64,000 nt of DNA from a virus. A program made the position numbers and the translations under genes. Below are positions 23,401 to 30,869 of the stretch, piece by piece (within the stretch, counting starts at the first letter, position 1; each line of letters opens with the position of its first letter). Location: positions 36,828-100,827 of the IMG/VR virus record IMGVR_UViG_3300025401_000016; one strand, given 5' to 3'. The notes beneath the pieces are model-generated. The model worked only from the letters and a program-made list of their open reading frames with translations, ran no database searches and had not been told where the DNA came from.

Positions 23401-24132
23401 CCTTATACAAATGGTGTAAAAATTAATACAGTATCAGTTGTAATACCACCAGGAGTACCAACTTTGATATTAGATACATATGGTCCATTTGTATCTACTG
23501 ACTCTTTTGTTGCAAGTATGACAGGTGGAACAGAAGGTGCAACTTATACACTTACAAGTATCAATAATCCAAATCTTACTACTGCACTTGTACAAAGTAG
23601 TAAAGGAGCATTTGGTGTAGTATTAATTTCAAATCTTAATGATCCACTAACATCTGCATTTACTGATACACTGGTAGCAACCGGAAGCGATGGTTTAACA
23701 ACTAACTCAATTAATATTCAGATAGCTGCAACGACACCAACCCCAACACCAACCCCTACTCCAGTGACATATACTAATATGGTTCAATTTCAGGATCAAA
23801 ACAGTAATTATAATTACGCACCATGGTACGGTACAATACCTATAAATATGGCATTGAGTATAAAATTTAATGGTACACCTGTAACAGGTCCAATAATTGG
23901 AAATGTTTATTCAGGTGGACCAGGTAATTGGGTATTAACTCAGTATACTAACTTAAACTTTGGTAATTTAGATCCTAATGGATTTTTACAATGGGATTAT
24001 GCAGCAGGCATATCAGATATAGGTAGTTTTAAATTGTCTGTAACTTTTTCTATAGGTTCACCTGCAACTATAGATTTATATTTTACTACAGTTGATCCTA
24101 ATAGTTTTAATTCTGATACAAATTCAGGATAA
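17416..24132 (+). CDS. Large fibre/adhesin-like virion protein with alpha/beta-hydrolase (esterase) domain and Ig-like repeats
   Basis: HGGGW and GGSAGGHL motifs near N-terminus; putative Ig repeat (LPQATVGTPY...GTLPPGLSI...LSGTPTTAGTY); duplicated GAPGDV...FSDGTxVxNF units; TP linker. Confidence 0.7.
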   Translation: MTYKSKSLVQAIDYNTIIGTGTTTSSSTATINVVTYSDINYGTDNLQTVDILVPSTWDITTNIGTPPKGVVLWIHGGGWIIGDKSQELGVTVSNVQLEYLVKANYIVVNANYRLAASTSQDPTPTGFFPNNVTDIQQIVNFLLSDGAGYTNAPNIGASRNMWRYTRAAAKSFGLMVAGGSAGGHLAIMGVMQNALNNGGIFPTSVLSIVGPMNLVTAGASDAQNPAGTAAVGLINTYMNGGNPASASPYYQLSNWLANSTLVNTNCKFYFWYNDADTLVPNTSIVPFATNLQAGLANAANVTLIEVNVDSSGNTGGAVTRPAGSDGYPTIYAASHNIPGLGPYSIPSTLINIATQAFPTTYTPTVLPNSINAVWGTGVGPSGYGQAQLTPIADPTLSHTITTISAKDWENVIAVTNLIANQQGTTIPSITPPVIGSKITTDANLIAALHSIYTNRNNSVQQGTPLTNTKTSADTWNNIIVFQNDLTFTDPDRTRYFFNLGGQIELQFSATDGASTSIDHIFNQLASSCGSLYISGVSTGTENINGVVYTGVTVVGGIPPTTSSGNILFTTGGYYGLTTAYTEIFRRTVGGSGSGAGSYISVLAKTNGTHGNNGDNGTVINIQTWFVQVPSGIHNVSAGTTVTCTVIPPYLNPNSYPDITKLPAHYSQSASVYKFSQSWDVPSNSSTYTINNKTLVAATLGAITFTPTTQVSGKQFSISVDASNGYGLTWAMTIVGAASATNLSYSGAISTASTYTIKKDVLAPSKPDTLVVTVTIGTGPSAVVQTANYTVTAPVYTNTVTMPTNNSINTGDTLTIVFAGSPNDTITATGLYPPDPQDDPTQAYIVPSIPQIFKLDATGAYTYTHSNYASLVPVSPFKFTFVFGNDSKTIISKTLTITQSGSKPVKTYNLYAQDPQGNPSSGVKPGDSIYFILKTTNVPYQTQVPFTIGGISAPADGSIALAASDFSNINLNGKDESIVTISGTQNFIVDSNGTAVIIFTTSKNITINKSITITLTPSVPNGIGHVVANSLTLAKGIPAAIHFSALSYSFDWAVSGTNQLAKPVTSIDLPPDWAPAANFAPLTDINSLPITFTLVGFIGATVVTFGVAVVDPLTAAIVGKTKSSVIDPGVGTATVVISASDLPTTPNIGSNKAAIYFLSATVDNTISPGTDGPGGGGKYPWQYYGKMSIGPNANIIPVWYVNGPYSTVNNTPFEMFPATPNNIGTYALPQATVGTPYSPQLIYVQNGEFDLGYAFNASGTLPPGLSITTNPASSDPVTGYKQKQITLSGTPTTAGTYTGSVSCVNGNNTLTQSYSIVVAAHVQVGFDSNYVDGKQNSNIGFNFIVSGGLSGDTITISGYSTPNNGPDLTYQRPYGPFTYTLDNNGALTLPLNGAPNTDGTNSGALDPGKYYSTISFKNSGSPVNINFRIEGTSQVIATKPKTTTPVTQTATLVNHDGSGYNSGGEYTSVPVDIKLVGNPGDVVLPSLVGGGTIPTYQVTLGSTGKYTYSALTMPAGTFQIQFQFTTTDGVVTTIPLDPATVTFTTPPNTVTETVALSPNQTSYVQGGPVFVISISNATPHDYVTITCNYASFFTDLNIYDASANPTGTVPNPFTVDANGNFTSDPLQGISINDNYTVTFTFLATGHSKSVSFSIKAQSQTVIYNDTASLTGYQYTGTGTTAATTNSTTTVTKAYNMSIILTGAPGDVSMASVYTPLTGSPVTTASRVIATIPTQVGTPTSAGGTVTYQPTGYQVGTYTFTFTFSDGTVVNNFNGAGSDLSNGIQIIADPITAAPVLTVTPSGPYKQTDAITVTMSGATPSRQYYLSGKNGIIAQGQSNGQGVVTFLSNFDPQSIIHISDLGDNPGDHDTLTTSSSYNPPLPVASINITLASTPTTYNNVVNLNNFTQTNNDPLQYSTTDSTVLLSSTFSGAPGDVYLSGVIAGKQQTVGTLFVTIPPGDPPTGGTITSQPQAFAAGLYNPIWTFSDGTTVKNFSNDPYTNGVKINTVSVVIPPGVPTLILDTYGPFVSTDSFVASMTGGTEGATYTLTSINNPNLTTALVQSSKGAFGVVLISNLNDPLTSAFTDTLVATGSDGLTTNSINIQIAATTPTPTPTPTPVTYTNMVQFQDQNSNYNYAPWYGTIPINMALSIKFNGTPVTGPIIGNVYSGGPGNWVLTQYTNLNFGNLDPNGFLQWDYAAGISDIGSFKLSVTFSIGSPATIDLYFTTVDPNSFNSDTNSG

Positions 24133-24149
24133 CAAATCTTTAATAAATT

Positions 24150-25520
24150 ATGACATTACCTACAAATAACATATCAATGTCAAACGTAGATGTTGAATTA
24201 AGTAAAGCATCTACTGCAACAATATCACTTAACGATAGTGGCCCAAGAACATTAGCAGTTAAACCTTCTGGTCAAATTTCAATGGCTGATTTAGAAGGTA
24301 AGGCAGCTTATACACCCAAATTATATGAATATAGTCAAAACACTGGATACTCACCTGGTGTTTCCTACTCAGTTACTATACCTTCAGGTGTAACAAGTAT
24401 TGCAATATTAATGGTTGGTGGAGGTGGAGGTGGAGGATCAAGTAATGCCGGTGCAGGCAAGTGGGACGGCGGGGGTGGTGGAGGCGGCGGCGGAGTTATA
24501 TATGTGCCTAGTTTTTCGGTACATGCCGGACAAGTGTTAAAACTAACAATAGGTGCAGGTGGCACCGGAGGTGTTAATACTGCTGGTGTATCTGGTGGAA
24601 ATTCTACTATCATCGATGGTAACGGTACTACATACTACACAGCTCCGGGTGGCGGTGGTGGTGGTGGCGGAGACTGGAATAATCCAACTGTTGCAACTGC
24701 TAATGGACATACCGGAAACGCAAGAAGTGGATTACCCGGGGGTTCAGGTGGTGGTGCTAGTGGACAAGACTACAATATACAAGGTGCATTTGGTGGACAA
24801 GGTTTTTATACTTATCCAGGATATACTGCCTCTACATACGGTAATAACGGCGGGTCATCAATGAATAACGGATTCAATGGAGGAGGCGGTGGCGCCGGAA
24901 CTACTACAAATAATGCCAATACAGTAAGCATAGCGGTTAACACAGGAGTGATACCAGGTACAAACAAAGTAGTATCACAATGGCCTAATTCTAGTTCATC
25001 ACCACCTTATATCGTACTTGTAAACAACAATTTATTAAATCCATGGGCACCAGTTAATAATGGTGGTGCAACATTTTTTCAATCTAATACAGGAAATCCA
25101 CCCTCGAGTATTACACTAACTACGCTTAACGGTGCTGGGCAAGGTCAAAATGGTTATATTTCAGGATATGGTACTAGTGGTTATTTAGGATTAGGTTTTA
25201 GTGGTGCAGGTGGAGATGGTATTACAATTAATATAGGTGGCACCAATGTGACAATGGGTGCAGGTGGCGGTGGCGGTGGCAGTTATGAAATGGGCGGAAG
25301 TAGTGTTCAAACTGCTTATTGTCCGGCAAACGGTGGTGCAGGTCCTGGTGGCGCCGGCGGCGGCGGAGCTGGAGGGGGCGGTGGCAATTCATCTGGTGCA
25401 GCCCCTGGATCCGGAGCTACTGGATATGGTAATGGCGGTGGTGGTGGCGGGGGAAGATATCCTGCCACTATAGCTGCAGGTGGTTCTGGATCACCTGGTG
25501 CAATATTCGTATACGGTTAA
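24150..25520 (+). CDS. Glycine-rich tail-fibre tip/adhesin-like protein
   Basis: Many poly-Gly runs, ends GGSGSPGAIFVYG; follows fibre genes. Confidence 0.6.
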   Translation: MTLPTNNISMSNVDVELSKASTATISLNDSGPRTLAVKPSGQISMADLEGKAAYTPKLYEYSQNTGYSPGVSYSVTIPSGVTSIAILMVGGGGGGGSSNAGAGKWDGGGGGGGGGVIYVPSFSVHAGQVLKLTIGAGGTGGVNTAGVSGGNSTIIDGNGTTYYTAPGGGGGGGGDWNNPTVATANGHTGNARSGLPGGSGGGASGQDYNIQGAFGGQGFYTYPGYTASTYGNNGGSSMNNGFNGGGGGAGTTTNNANTVSIAVNTGVIPGTNKVVSQWPNSSSSPPYIVLVNNNLLNPWAPVNNGGATFFQSNTGNPPSSITLTTLNGAGQGQNGYISGYGTSGYLGLGFSGAGGDGITINIGGTNVTMGAGGGGGGSYEMGGSSVQTAYCPANGGAGPGGAGGGGAGGGGGNSSGAAPGSGATGYGNGGGGGGGRYPATIAAGGSGSPGAIFVYG

Positions 25521-25541
25521 TTAAAATAAGGGGTAACAACT

Positions 25542-25655
25542 ATGGATGATAATGTTTTATTGTTTTTAATTATAGTTATCATCATAGGTGGTTGCTATTG
25601 TTATGATTGGTATCAAAGGACTCACAAAGATGACATCGGACTCAAAGAAGACTGA
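25542..25655 (+). CDS. 37-aa membrane peptide (not in ORF track)
   Basis: AAGGGG SD; MDDNVLLFLIIVIIIGGCYCYDWY...; one hydrophobic segment. Confidence 0.45.
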   Translation: MDDNVLLFLIIVIIIGGCYCYDWYQRTHKDDIGLKED

Positions 25656-25791
25656 TACTGATCAGGATGATATGAAACAAGTTTGGGCTAGCTATAATGA
25701 AGCTCAACAAGCTTGGAAAGAGTTGATGTATCATAAAAAGAATACAGAACAAACTGATATTTCCAAAACAGTTGACGATTCAAAGAAATAA
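25630..25791 (+). CDS. Hypothetical small protein
   Basis: ATG start within ORF-track ORF 25588..25791 (MTSDSKKTD...). Confidence 0.4.
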   Translation: MTSDSKKTDTDQDDMKQVWASYNEAQQAWKELMYHKKNTEQTDISKTVDDSKK

Positions 25792-25800
25792 ATATATAGT
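25772..25800 (+). promoter_or_regulatory. sigma70-type promoter for tmRNA, with overlapping late box
   Basis: TTGACG-N17-TATAGT; ATAAATA lies within the spacer. Confidence 0.7.
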
Positions 25801-25804
25801 GTAA

Positions 25805-26085
25805 GTTATTGCTGTATGAAGCAAAGAGAAAGGTGTTCTGGACCCGGGTTCGAGCCCCGGCACTTCCACCAAGAGTATATTAGATTAGTGTATTCTTGAC
25901 GGGGGTGAGCATGGTTTCGACAGGGCAAAGAGTAACAGAGTGGACAGCACATCAGCAACGATGTAAAAAGAAGAAAATCTATAAAGGCAAACGATTCAGT
26001 TTTCCAATTAGCAGCCTAAACACTGCTTAGGGTAAGACATACCTCGTAACAGAAATTCAGGACCTGCTTCGGCAGGTTTCCTTTT
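25805..26085 (+). ncRNA. ssrA: Circularly permuted (two-piece) tmRNA
   Basis: Acceptor piece first (GAC-CCGGG-TTCGAGC-CCCGG-CACTTCC-ACCA, ends 25871), 29-nt intervening segment, then coding piece from GGGGGTG (25901) with G3:U pair; tag ANDSVFQLAA* at 25987-26019. Outer ends approximate. Confidence 0.92.
26061..26085 (+). terminator. Intrinsic terminator after tmRNA
   Basis: ACCTGC-TTCG-GCAGGT followed by T-rich tract. Confidence 0.75.
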
Positions 26086-26133
26086 GTCAACTAAAACACA
26101 TACTACCGCGTTATATATGTATAGGAGTAATCT

Positions 26134-26292
26134 ATGCAAGAACAAAAAATGTGTTATAGTGGATCGGGTAAAGATGATAAAAAATATTACATACCTAGAT
26201 GGACAACAAATCAAAGTTACCCAGACTATGACAAAAAACGAACCCATAAATGCAAAGACTCTAATTCTATACTAACCAAAAAATCTACATAG
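26134..26292 (+). CDS. 52-aa hypothetical protein (not in ORF track)
   Basis: AGGAG SD then ATG; MQEQKMCYSGSGKDDKKYYIPRW...KKST*. Confidence 0.5.
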   Translation: MQEQKMCYSGSGKDDKKYYIPRWTTNQSYPDYDKKRTHKCKDSNSILTKKST

Positions 26293-26360
26293 AAATGTGA
26301 TTATCGTCACAGACAAACTAAATATAAAGTGTATAATCACACACTTTATAAAGGAAAATT

Positions 26361-27284
26361 ATGACAACAACAGTAACAATTGGTGTAACACCAATCAACA
26401 CAACATACACGGCAGTAACTGGAGCAACAGGTGGTTCAGGTTTAGGAGCTAAATTTGATGTAACAAAGACTAATGGAGTTTATGCTACAACAGTTGAATC
26501 TACTAATACAGGTACAGGATATGCATTAGGTGATACAATTACTATTCCAGGCACAAGTCTTGGTGGCGCTGCCCCTGCTAACAATGATGTTATCATTGTG
26601 ACAGGTATTGGCACAAACGGCACAGTTAAAACATTTGCAACCGCAGGTGTTGGTGCAATTGGTAATGGCATCATTAATACAACTATTAATGTAACACCAG
26701 ATGGTAATGCCGCAATCAATACATATACATTAAATGACAAGTCAGTTGACTATACAGTTGTTAATGATACAACAAACAATGTTCTTAAAGTTACCAGTGC
26801 ACTTGATACACTAGTAAGTTTTAACTTAAACAACTACCAACGTATCAACTATACAGACAAGTCAACCGCGTTTGATTTGAATGGACATGCAGGTGATGTA
26901 TATGCATTGTTGAAAGCAGGATTGGGCGGTACAGTTAACACTACGTACGAAGGTCTTGGTATCAAATTGGAAGACAGTGGTTCAACAAGTGCACAAGTAG
27001 CACAAATAATTGCAAGTTCAAGTGTATTTGCAACTGCGGCCGGCGGTAGTGATTATGCAAGTTTTGTTAATTTTGTATATACAAATGTAGTTGGTACTGC
27101 ACCAACTCCAGCACAAGCATTACCCTATGTAACACAATTGGCAACTGGTGCAACTACTGAAGGTGCGATGTTAGCATCTGCGGCACATATCACAACATTT
27201 CAACAAACAATTGGATTGGTTGGTGTTGCTCCCGCAACAACTGGTGTACTAGCTGGTTCAGGTATTGACTACATTCCAGCTTAA
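26361..27284 (+). CDS. Host-like surface protein with C-terminal DUF4214-like domain
   Basis: FVNFVYTNVVGTAPTPAQALPYVTQL...LVG...GIDYIP C-terminus resembles proteobacterial S-layer/RTX-associated DUF4214; T/G/A-rich; AAGGA SD. Confidence 0.6.
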   Translation: MTTTVTIGVTPINTTYTAVTGATGGSGLGAKFDVTKTNGVYATTVESTNTGTGYALGDTITIPGTSLGGAAPANNDVIIVTGIGTNGTVKTFATAGVGAIGNGIINTTINVTPDGNAAINTYTLNDKSVDYTVVNDTTNNVLKVTSALDTLVSFNLNNYQRINYTDKSTAFDLNGHAGDVYALLKAGLGGTVNTTYEGLGIKLEDSGSTSAQVAQIIASSSVFATAAGGSDYASFVNFVYTNVVGTAPTPAQALPYVTQLATGATTEGAMLASAAHITTFQQTIGLVGVAPATTGVLAGSGIDYIPA

Positions 27285-27382
27285 TATATAAATAATATAT
27301 AATATTATTATATTATATGTGATAAATAGTTGTGAGTACCTCACTCACAACATTTATAAATTTATAAATAAAAGGAATAAAA

Positions 27383-27886
27383 ATGACTGATGAAATAAAG
27401 GATCTACAAAAAAAGTTGGTTGAAACAACAGATGCAATAGTTGCGGTTGTTTCTGCTACAGAAACAACTGATCCAGTGAAAACTGCTAATGATTTGGCTA
27501 AAGTAATAGCCAATAGCCCAAGTATAGGAAATACAGATGCTATTGCAATTGTCAATGAAGTTGTAACAAAACAAATAGCCGCTCCTGCAGTTACTGATCC
27601 TGCAGCCATTGCAACAATATCCGCAGTAATAAGAGCAGTTGTTGTTCACGACCCAATAATATTGGCTAATGCTAATCAAATGATTGGATTAATAACACTT
27701 GTAACCTCTACATCTCCCAAAATTGTTGATTCAAATGTAGCTACAATAGTTATTGAAACAATCAAAGACATTATTACTACGGTAACAGGTACTGACCCAG
27801 ATGAAACTGTAATAAAAAATATTACTGATGCATTTGAAATTCATGGACCTGATGATTCTTTTGATGTTTACTTTAAAAATAATTAA
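27383..27886 (+). CDS. Hypothetical A/T/V/I-rich protein
   Basis: AAGGA SD, 167 aa, followed by a terminator. Confidence 0.6.
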   Translation: MTDEIKDLQKKLVETTDAIVAVVSATETTDPVKTANDLAKVIANSPSIGNTDAIAIVNEVVTKQIAAPAVTDPAAIATISAVIRAVVVHDPIILANANQMIGLITLVTSTSPKIVDSNVATIVIETIKDIITTVTGTDPDETVIKNITDAFEIHGPDDSFDVYFKNN

Positions 27887-27909
27887 TAATTAATAATTAA
27901 TATTTTGGT

Positions 27910-27931
27910 AAAGGCTCATTCGAGCCTTTTT
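27910..27931 (+). terminator. Intrinsic terminator
   Basis: AAAGGCTC-ATTC-GAGCCTTTTT. Confidence 0.7.
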
Positions 27932-27946
27932 CCACATAAATAGATT

Positions 27947-28651
27947 ATGACATATACAATCTATACATTGATAGTAACACATATCACTATCGTGTGTGTC
28001 ACTCTGTTTTTACATAGAGGACAGGCACACAAAGGAATAATTTTTCACCCCATACTAAGTCACTTTATGCGTTTCTGGCTATGGCTAACAACAGGTATGG
28101 TTACTAAACAATGGGTAGCTATACATCGCAAACATCATGTATTTTCAGACCAAGAAGGTGATCCACATAGCCCTCATGTTTTTGGAATATGGACTGTATT
28201 AACACAAGGTGCATTGTTATATAGTCGTGGGGCTAAAGATACACTAACTATAGACAAGTATGGTATTGGTACTCCCAATGATTGGTTAGAACATAATGTA
28301 TACTCTAAGTATAATTTTTTGGGTATACTTATTATGTTCTGGATTAACATTCAATTATTTGGACTTGTTGGGATAGTTATATGGGGTGTGCAAATGATAT
28401 GGATACCCTTTTGGGCAGCCGGTGTAATCAATGGTGCCGGACATTGGGTAGGATATCGTAATGGAGAAACAACAGATCAAAGCCGCAATATTAGTCCATG
28501 GGGCATTATCATTGGTGGTGAAGAACTACATAACAATCATCATCTATCTCCTGCTAATATAAAACTAAGTCGTAAATGGTATGAGTTTGATATTGGTTAT
28601 ATGTATTTTACCATATTTAAAATATTTGGGTTAGCCAAGGCTAGACAATAG
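27947..28651 (+). CDS. Membrane fatty-acid (delta-9 acyl-lipid/CoA type) desaturase
   Basis: Three His boxes HRGQAH, HRKHH, HNNHH; TM segments; WYEFDIG C-terminus. Confidence 0.9.
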   Translation: MTYTIYTLIVTHITIVCVTLFLHRGQAHKGIIFHPILSHFMRFWLWLTTGMVTKQWVAIHRKHHVFSDQEGDPHSPHVFGIWTVLTQGALLYSRGAKDTLTIDKYGIGTPNDWLEHNVYSKYNFLGILIMFWINIQLFGLVGIVIWGVQMIWIPFWAAGVINGAGHWVGYRNGETTDQSRNISPWGIIIGGEELHNNHHLSPANIKLSRKWYEFDIGYMYFTIFKIFGLAKARQ

Positions 28652-28676
28652 TGTTAAATTAATGTAAAGTTACATT

Positions 28677-28991
28677 ATGAGTACAGAACAAGACAAATTC
28701 AAACATTCCAAGCGTTTACATCAAGATGAAAATGCTATAAAAAAGCAAACTAAAATTGCCAAACAACATGGTGTACAACCAAATGATGCATCTCTTAGAG
28801 AACCGCATCGCTTAAGCAAACACCATGCTATGGATTGTGGAAACCCCGAATGTGGATTGTGTGGTAATCCCAGACATTTACACAAGGATAGTCTAACTGC
28901 TCAGGAAAAACGACTATTTCAGGATGTGGATAAAACCACAGATAGGCATAGTAACGGTTTATCCCCGAAAGATGAAGATATCTCATCTTAA
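28677..28991 (+). CDS. Hypothetical Cys/His-rich protein
   Basis: HHAMDCGNPECGLCGNPR motif, possible metal binding. Confidence 0.6.
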   Translation: MSTEQDKFKHSKRLHQDENAIKKQTKIAKQHGVQPNDASLREPHRLSKHHAMDCGNPECGLCGNPRHLHKDSLTAQEKRLFQDVDKTTDRHSNGLSPKDEDISS

Positions 28992-29053
28992 AATATCTTT
29001 GTATGCAATTTTGCATAAATATGTAGATAAACTATTTTTAAAGGAAGTTTAAT

Positions 29054-29599
29054 ATGAAAAAAATCATTATTGCAAGTTTAATCACATTAGCAGGATCAGC
29101 TTTTGCTGCATCTGTAACTCTTGAAGGTCAAAATCAAATTGGCGATCACGGAGCTGCAAATTCAACAAATAGTCAAGTTACTGTTCGTGGTTCACTAAAC
29201 AATATGTTCACGGCTGATGTTGGTGTTACACAGTATGTTGCCGCAGGTACACATGCATTGTCAACACGTGACGAAGCAGGTCTAACAGGTTCACTACCAG
29301 TTGGCCCAATTGGCATTTATACTCGTGTAGCATTAGGTGACAAGTATACAAATACTACTCACTTTGGTTACTATAGTGTTGAGCCAGGTGTTACATATTC
29401 AATTGGAAAGGCAACTGCTAAAGTAGGTTTCCGTTTCCGTGATGCATTCCAAGAGTCTAATTTAGACGCAACACGCACAACTCGTGCTGGTTTGTCTTAT
29501 GCTTTATCTAATAAAGATAGCGTTGGTATTCGCTTTGATCGTGTTACTGGTGACAGTACAAATCATAGCTATAATCTAAGCTACACTCGTTCATTCTAA
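29054..29599 (+). CDS. Outer-membrane beta-barrel protein (porin-like)
   Basis: Signal peptide MKKIIIASLITLAGSAFA, amphipathic beta strands, terminal YNLSYTRSF beta-signal. Confidence 0.8.
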   Translation: MKKIIIASLITLAGSAFAASVTLEGQNQIGDHGAANSTNSQVTVRGSLNNMFTADVGVTQYVAAGTHALSTRDEAGLTGSLPVGPIGIYTRVALGDKYTNTTHFGYYSVEPGVTYSIGKATAKVGFRFRDAFQESNLDATRTTRAGLSYALSNKDSVGIRFDRVTGDSTNHSYNLSYTRSF

Positions 29600-29621
29600 T
29601 CTTTAAATAGATTATTTGGGT

Positions 29622-29650
29622 AAAGAGGCTCTAGACAGAGCCTCTTTTTT
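29622..29650 (+). terminator. Intrinsic terminator
   Basis: AAGAGGCTCT-AGAC-AGAGCCTCTT followed by T-run. Confidence 0.8.
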
Positions 29651-29682
29651 ATTGTAGAATGTGTTTTTATATAGGAGAAAAA

Positions 29683-30150
29683 ATGTCAGTTACAATTAAA
29701 AATTTAGAAGCTGCATTTGCAGGCGAGAGCCAAGCTCATACAAAATATCGTTATTTTGCAAAAATTGCAAGAGAAGAAGGATATGAGGATATTGCAAAGC
29801 ACTTTGAACACACCGCAGATCAAGAACTACTGCATGCATGGGGTCATTTAGAATTACTCATTGGTAAGCCAACTACTGCTGAATGTTTACAAAAAGCAAT
29901 TGAAGGTGAGACATATGAGTTCACTACAATGTACCCTGAGTTTCAAACAATGGCAGTTGCAGAAGGTAATTTGAAAATGGCACAAGAGGCACAGACTCAA
30001 ATTGATGAAAGCAAAGAACATGCAGAACAATTTGCAAATATTCTTGCAAAGGCAGAAAAGCGTTTTGCGGCATTGACTAAAATTGAAAAACGTCATGCGG
30101 CAGCTTATGAATCTAAGTTAGATGAATTAACACAAGTGGAGGCAAGATAA
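29683..30150 (+). CDS. Rubrerythrin-family diiron protein
   Basis: NLEAAFAGESQA, QELLHA, EGETYEFTTMYP, ESKEHA; start moved to the ATG after AGGAG. Confidence 0.9.
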   Translation: MSVTIKNLEAAFAGESQAHTKYRYFAKIAREEGYEDIAKHFEHTADQELLHAWGHLELLIGKPTTAECLQKAIEGETYEFTTMYPEFQTMAVAEGNLKMAQEAQTQIDESKEHAEQFANILAKAEKRFAALTKIEKRHAAAYESKLDELTQVEAR

Positions 30151-30281
30151 TGGAACAACATGTATGTGTAGTTTGTGGACATGTCCACGACGAGGAAACA
30201 GAAGGTAAATGGGAAGATTTATCTGATGACTTTTTATGTCCCGAGTGTGGATGTGGTAAAGAAGATTACGAATTAATTTAA
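30150..30281 (+). CDS. Rubredoxin, 43 aa (not in ORF track)
   Basis: MEQHVCVVCGHVHDEETEGKWEDLSDDFLCPECGCGKEDYELI*: CxxCG and CPxCG motifs; TAATG-coupled to rubrerythrin. Confidence 0.9.
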   Translation: MEQHVCVVCGHVHDEETEGKWEDLSDDFLCPECGCGKEDYELI

Positions 30282-30290
30282 GGAAGTAAA

Positions 30291-30530
30291 ATGGATATTG
30301 ATCAAGCAAGCAATTTTTTAATCGGCACTATTCTAATTGGATTGGGTCTTTGTGTTATTACAGTAGCTATTGTTTTCATTAACAATATTATTAGTAAGTT
30401 TTGGCAACCTGTAAACTTCGGATACTTTTTTCCTAAGTCAATGCTAGACCAACAACCTAAAAGATTTGCAACTGAAGAAGAAATGCAAAAAGTTGAACCT
30501 AGTATTGTCAATACCACTACATCCAAATAA
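30291..30530 (+). CDS. Small membrane protein
   Basis: One TM helix, AAGGA SD. Confidence 0.6.
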   Translation: MDIDQASNFLIGTILIGLGLCVITVAIVFINNIISKFWQPVNFGYFFPKSMLDQQPKRFATEEEMQKVEPSIVNTTTSK

Positions 30531-30531
30531 T

Positions 30532-30786
30532 ATGAAAATACAATCTAGTCTTGATTGGTTCGGTGTTAGTAAAAATCTAACCAATCAACTAGATAGTATT
30601 GGGTACAACCCTGATTTAAAAAAGATGTACAAAAATATTGAGAGTATGATTGAAAGTCTCTCAAAACTTGAGGTTGATGCTAGGAGAACGCATAAACCTG
30701 AACTCACAAAACCAAATGTAGATAAGATCAATAGTGCAATTGATCATCTGGAAAAGCTTATATTAATGGCTCAATTAATGCAATAA
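30532..30786 (+). CDS. Hypothetical helical protein
   Basis: ATG directly after previous stop (MKIQSSLDW...). Confidence 0.6.
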   Translation: MKIQSSLDWFGVSKNLTNQLDSIGYNPDLKKMYKNIESMIESLSKLEVDARRTHKPELTKPNVDKINSAIDHLEKLILMAQLMQ

Positions 30787-30812
30787 TTTGTTGCACAAAA
30801 ACAACAGTAAAT

Positions 30813-30841
30813 TTGACAATAATTCCCCTTTCTGTTATACT
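30813..30841 (+). promoter_or_regulatory. Early sigma70-type promoter
   Basis: TTGACA-N17-TATACT. Confidence 0.8.
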
Positions 30842-30869
30842 ATAAGTATTGAACAAATAAGGATTCTTA

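Noticed and set aside
24400-25500. GC-rich GGN repeats as a foreign element or array
   Set aside because: Explained by poly-glycine codons.
25841-25871. Stand-alone tRNA gene suggested by T-arm and CCA
   Set aside because: No anticodon arm or upstream acceptor strand; the matching 5' strand lies downstream, which fits a permuted tmRNA.
26084-26275. ORF-track 63-aa ORF
   Set aside because: TTG start inside the terminator with no SD; a different-frame ORF at 26134 has AGGAG.
27880-27903. (TAATTAA)x3 short repeat
   Set aside because: Low-complexity AT slippage; no spacers or further copies.
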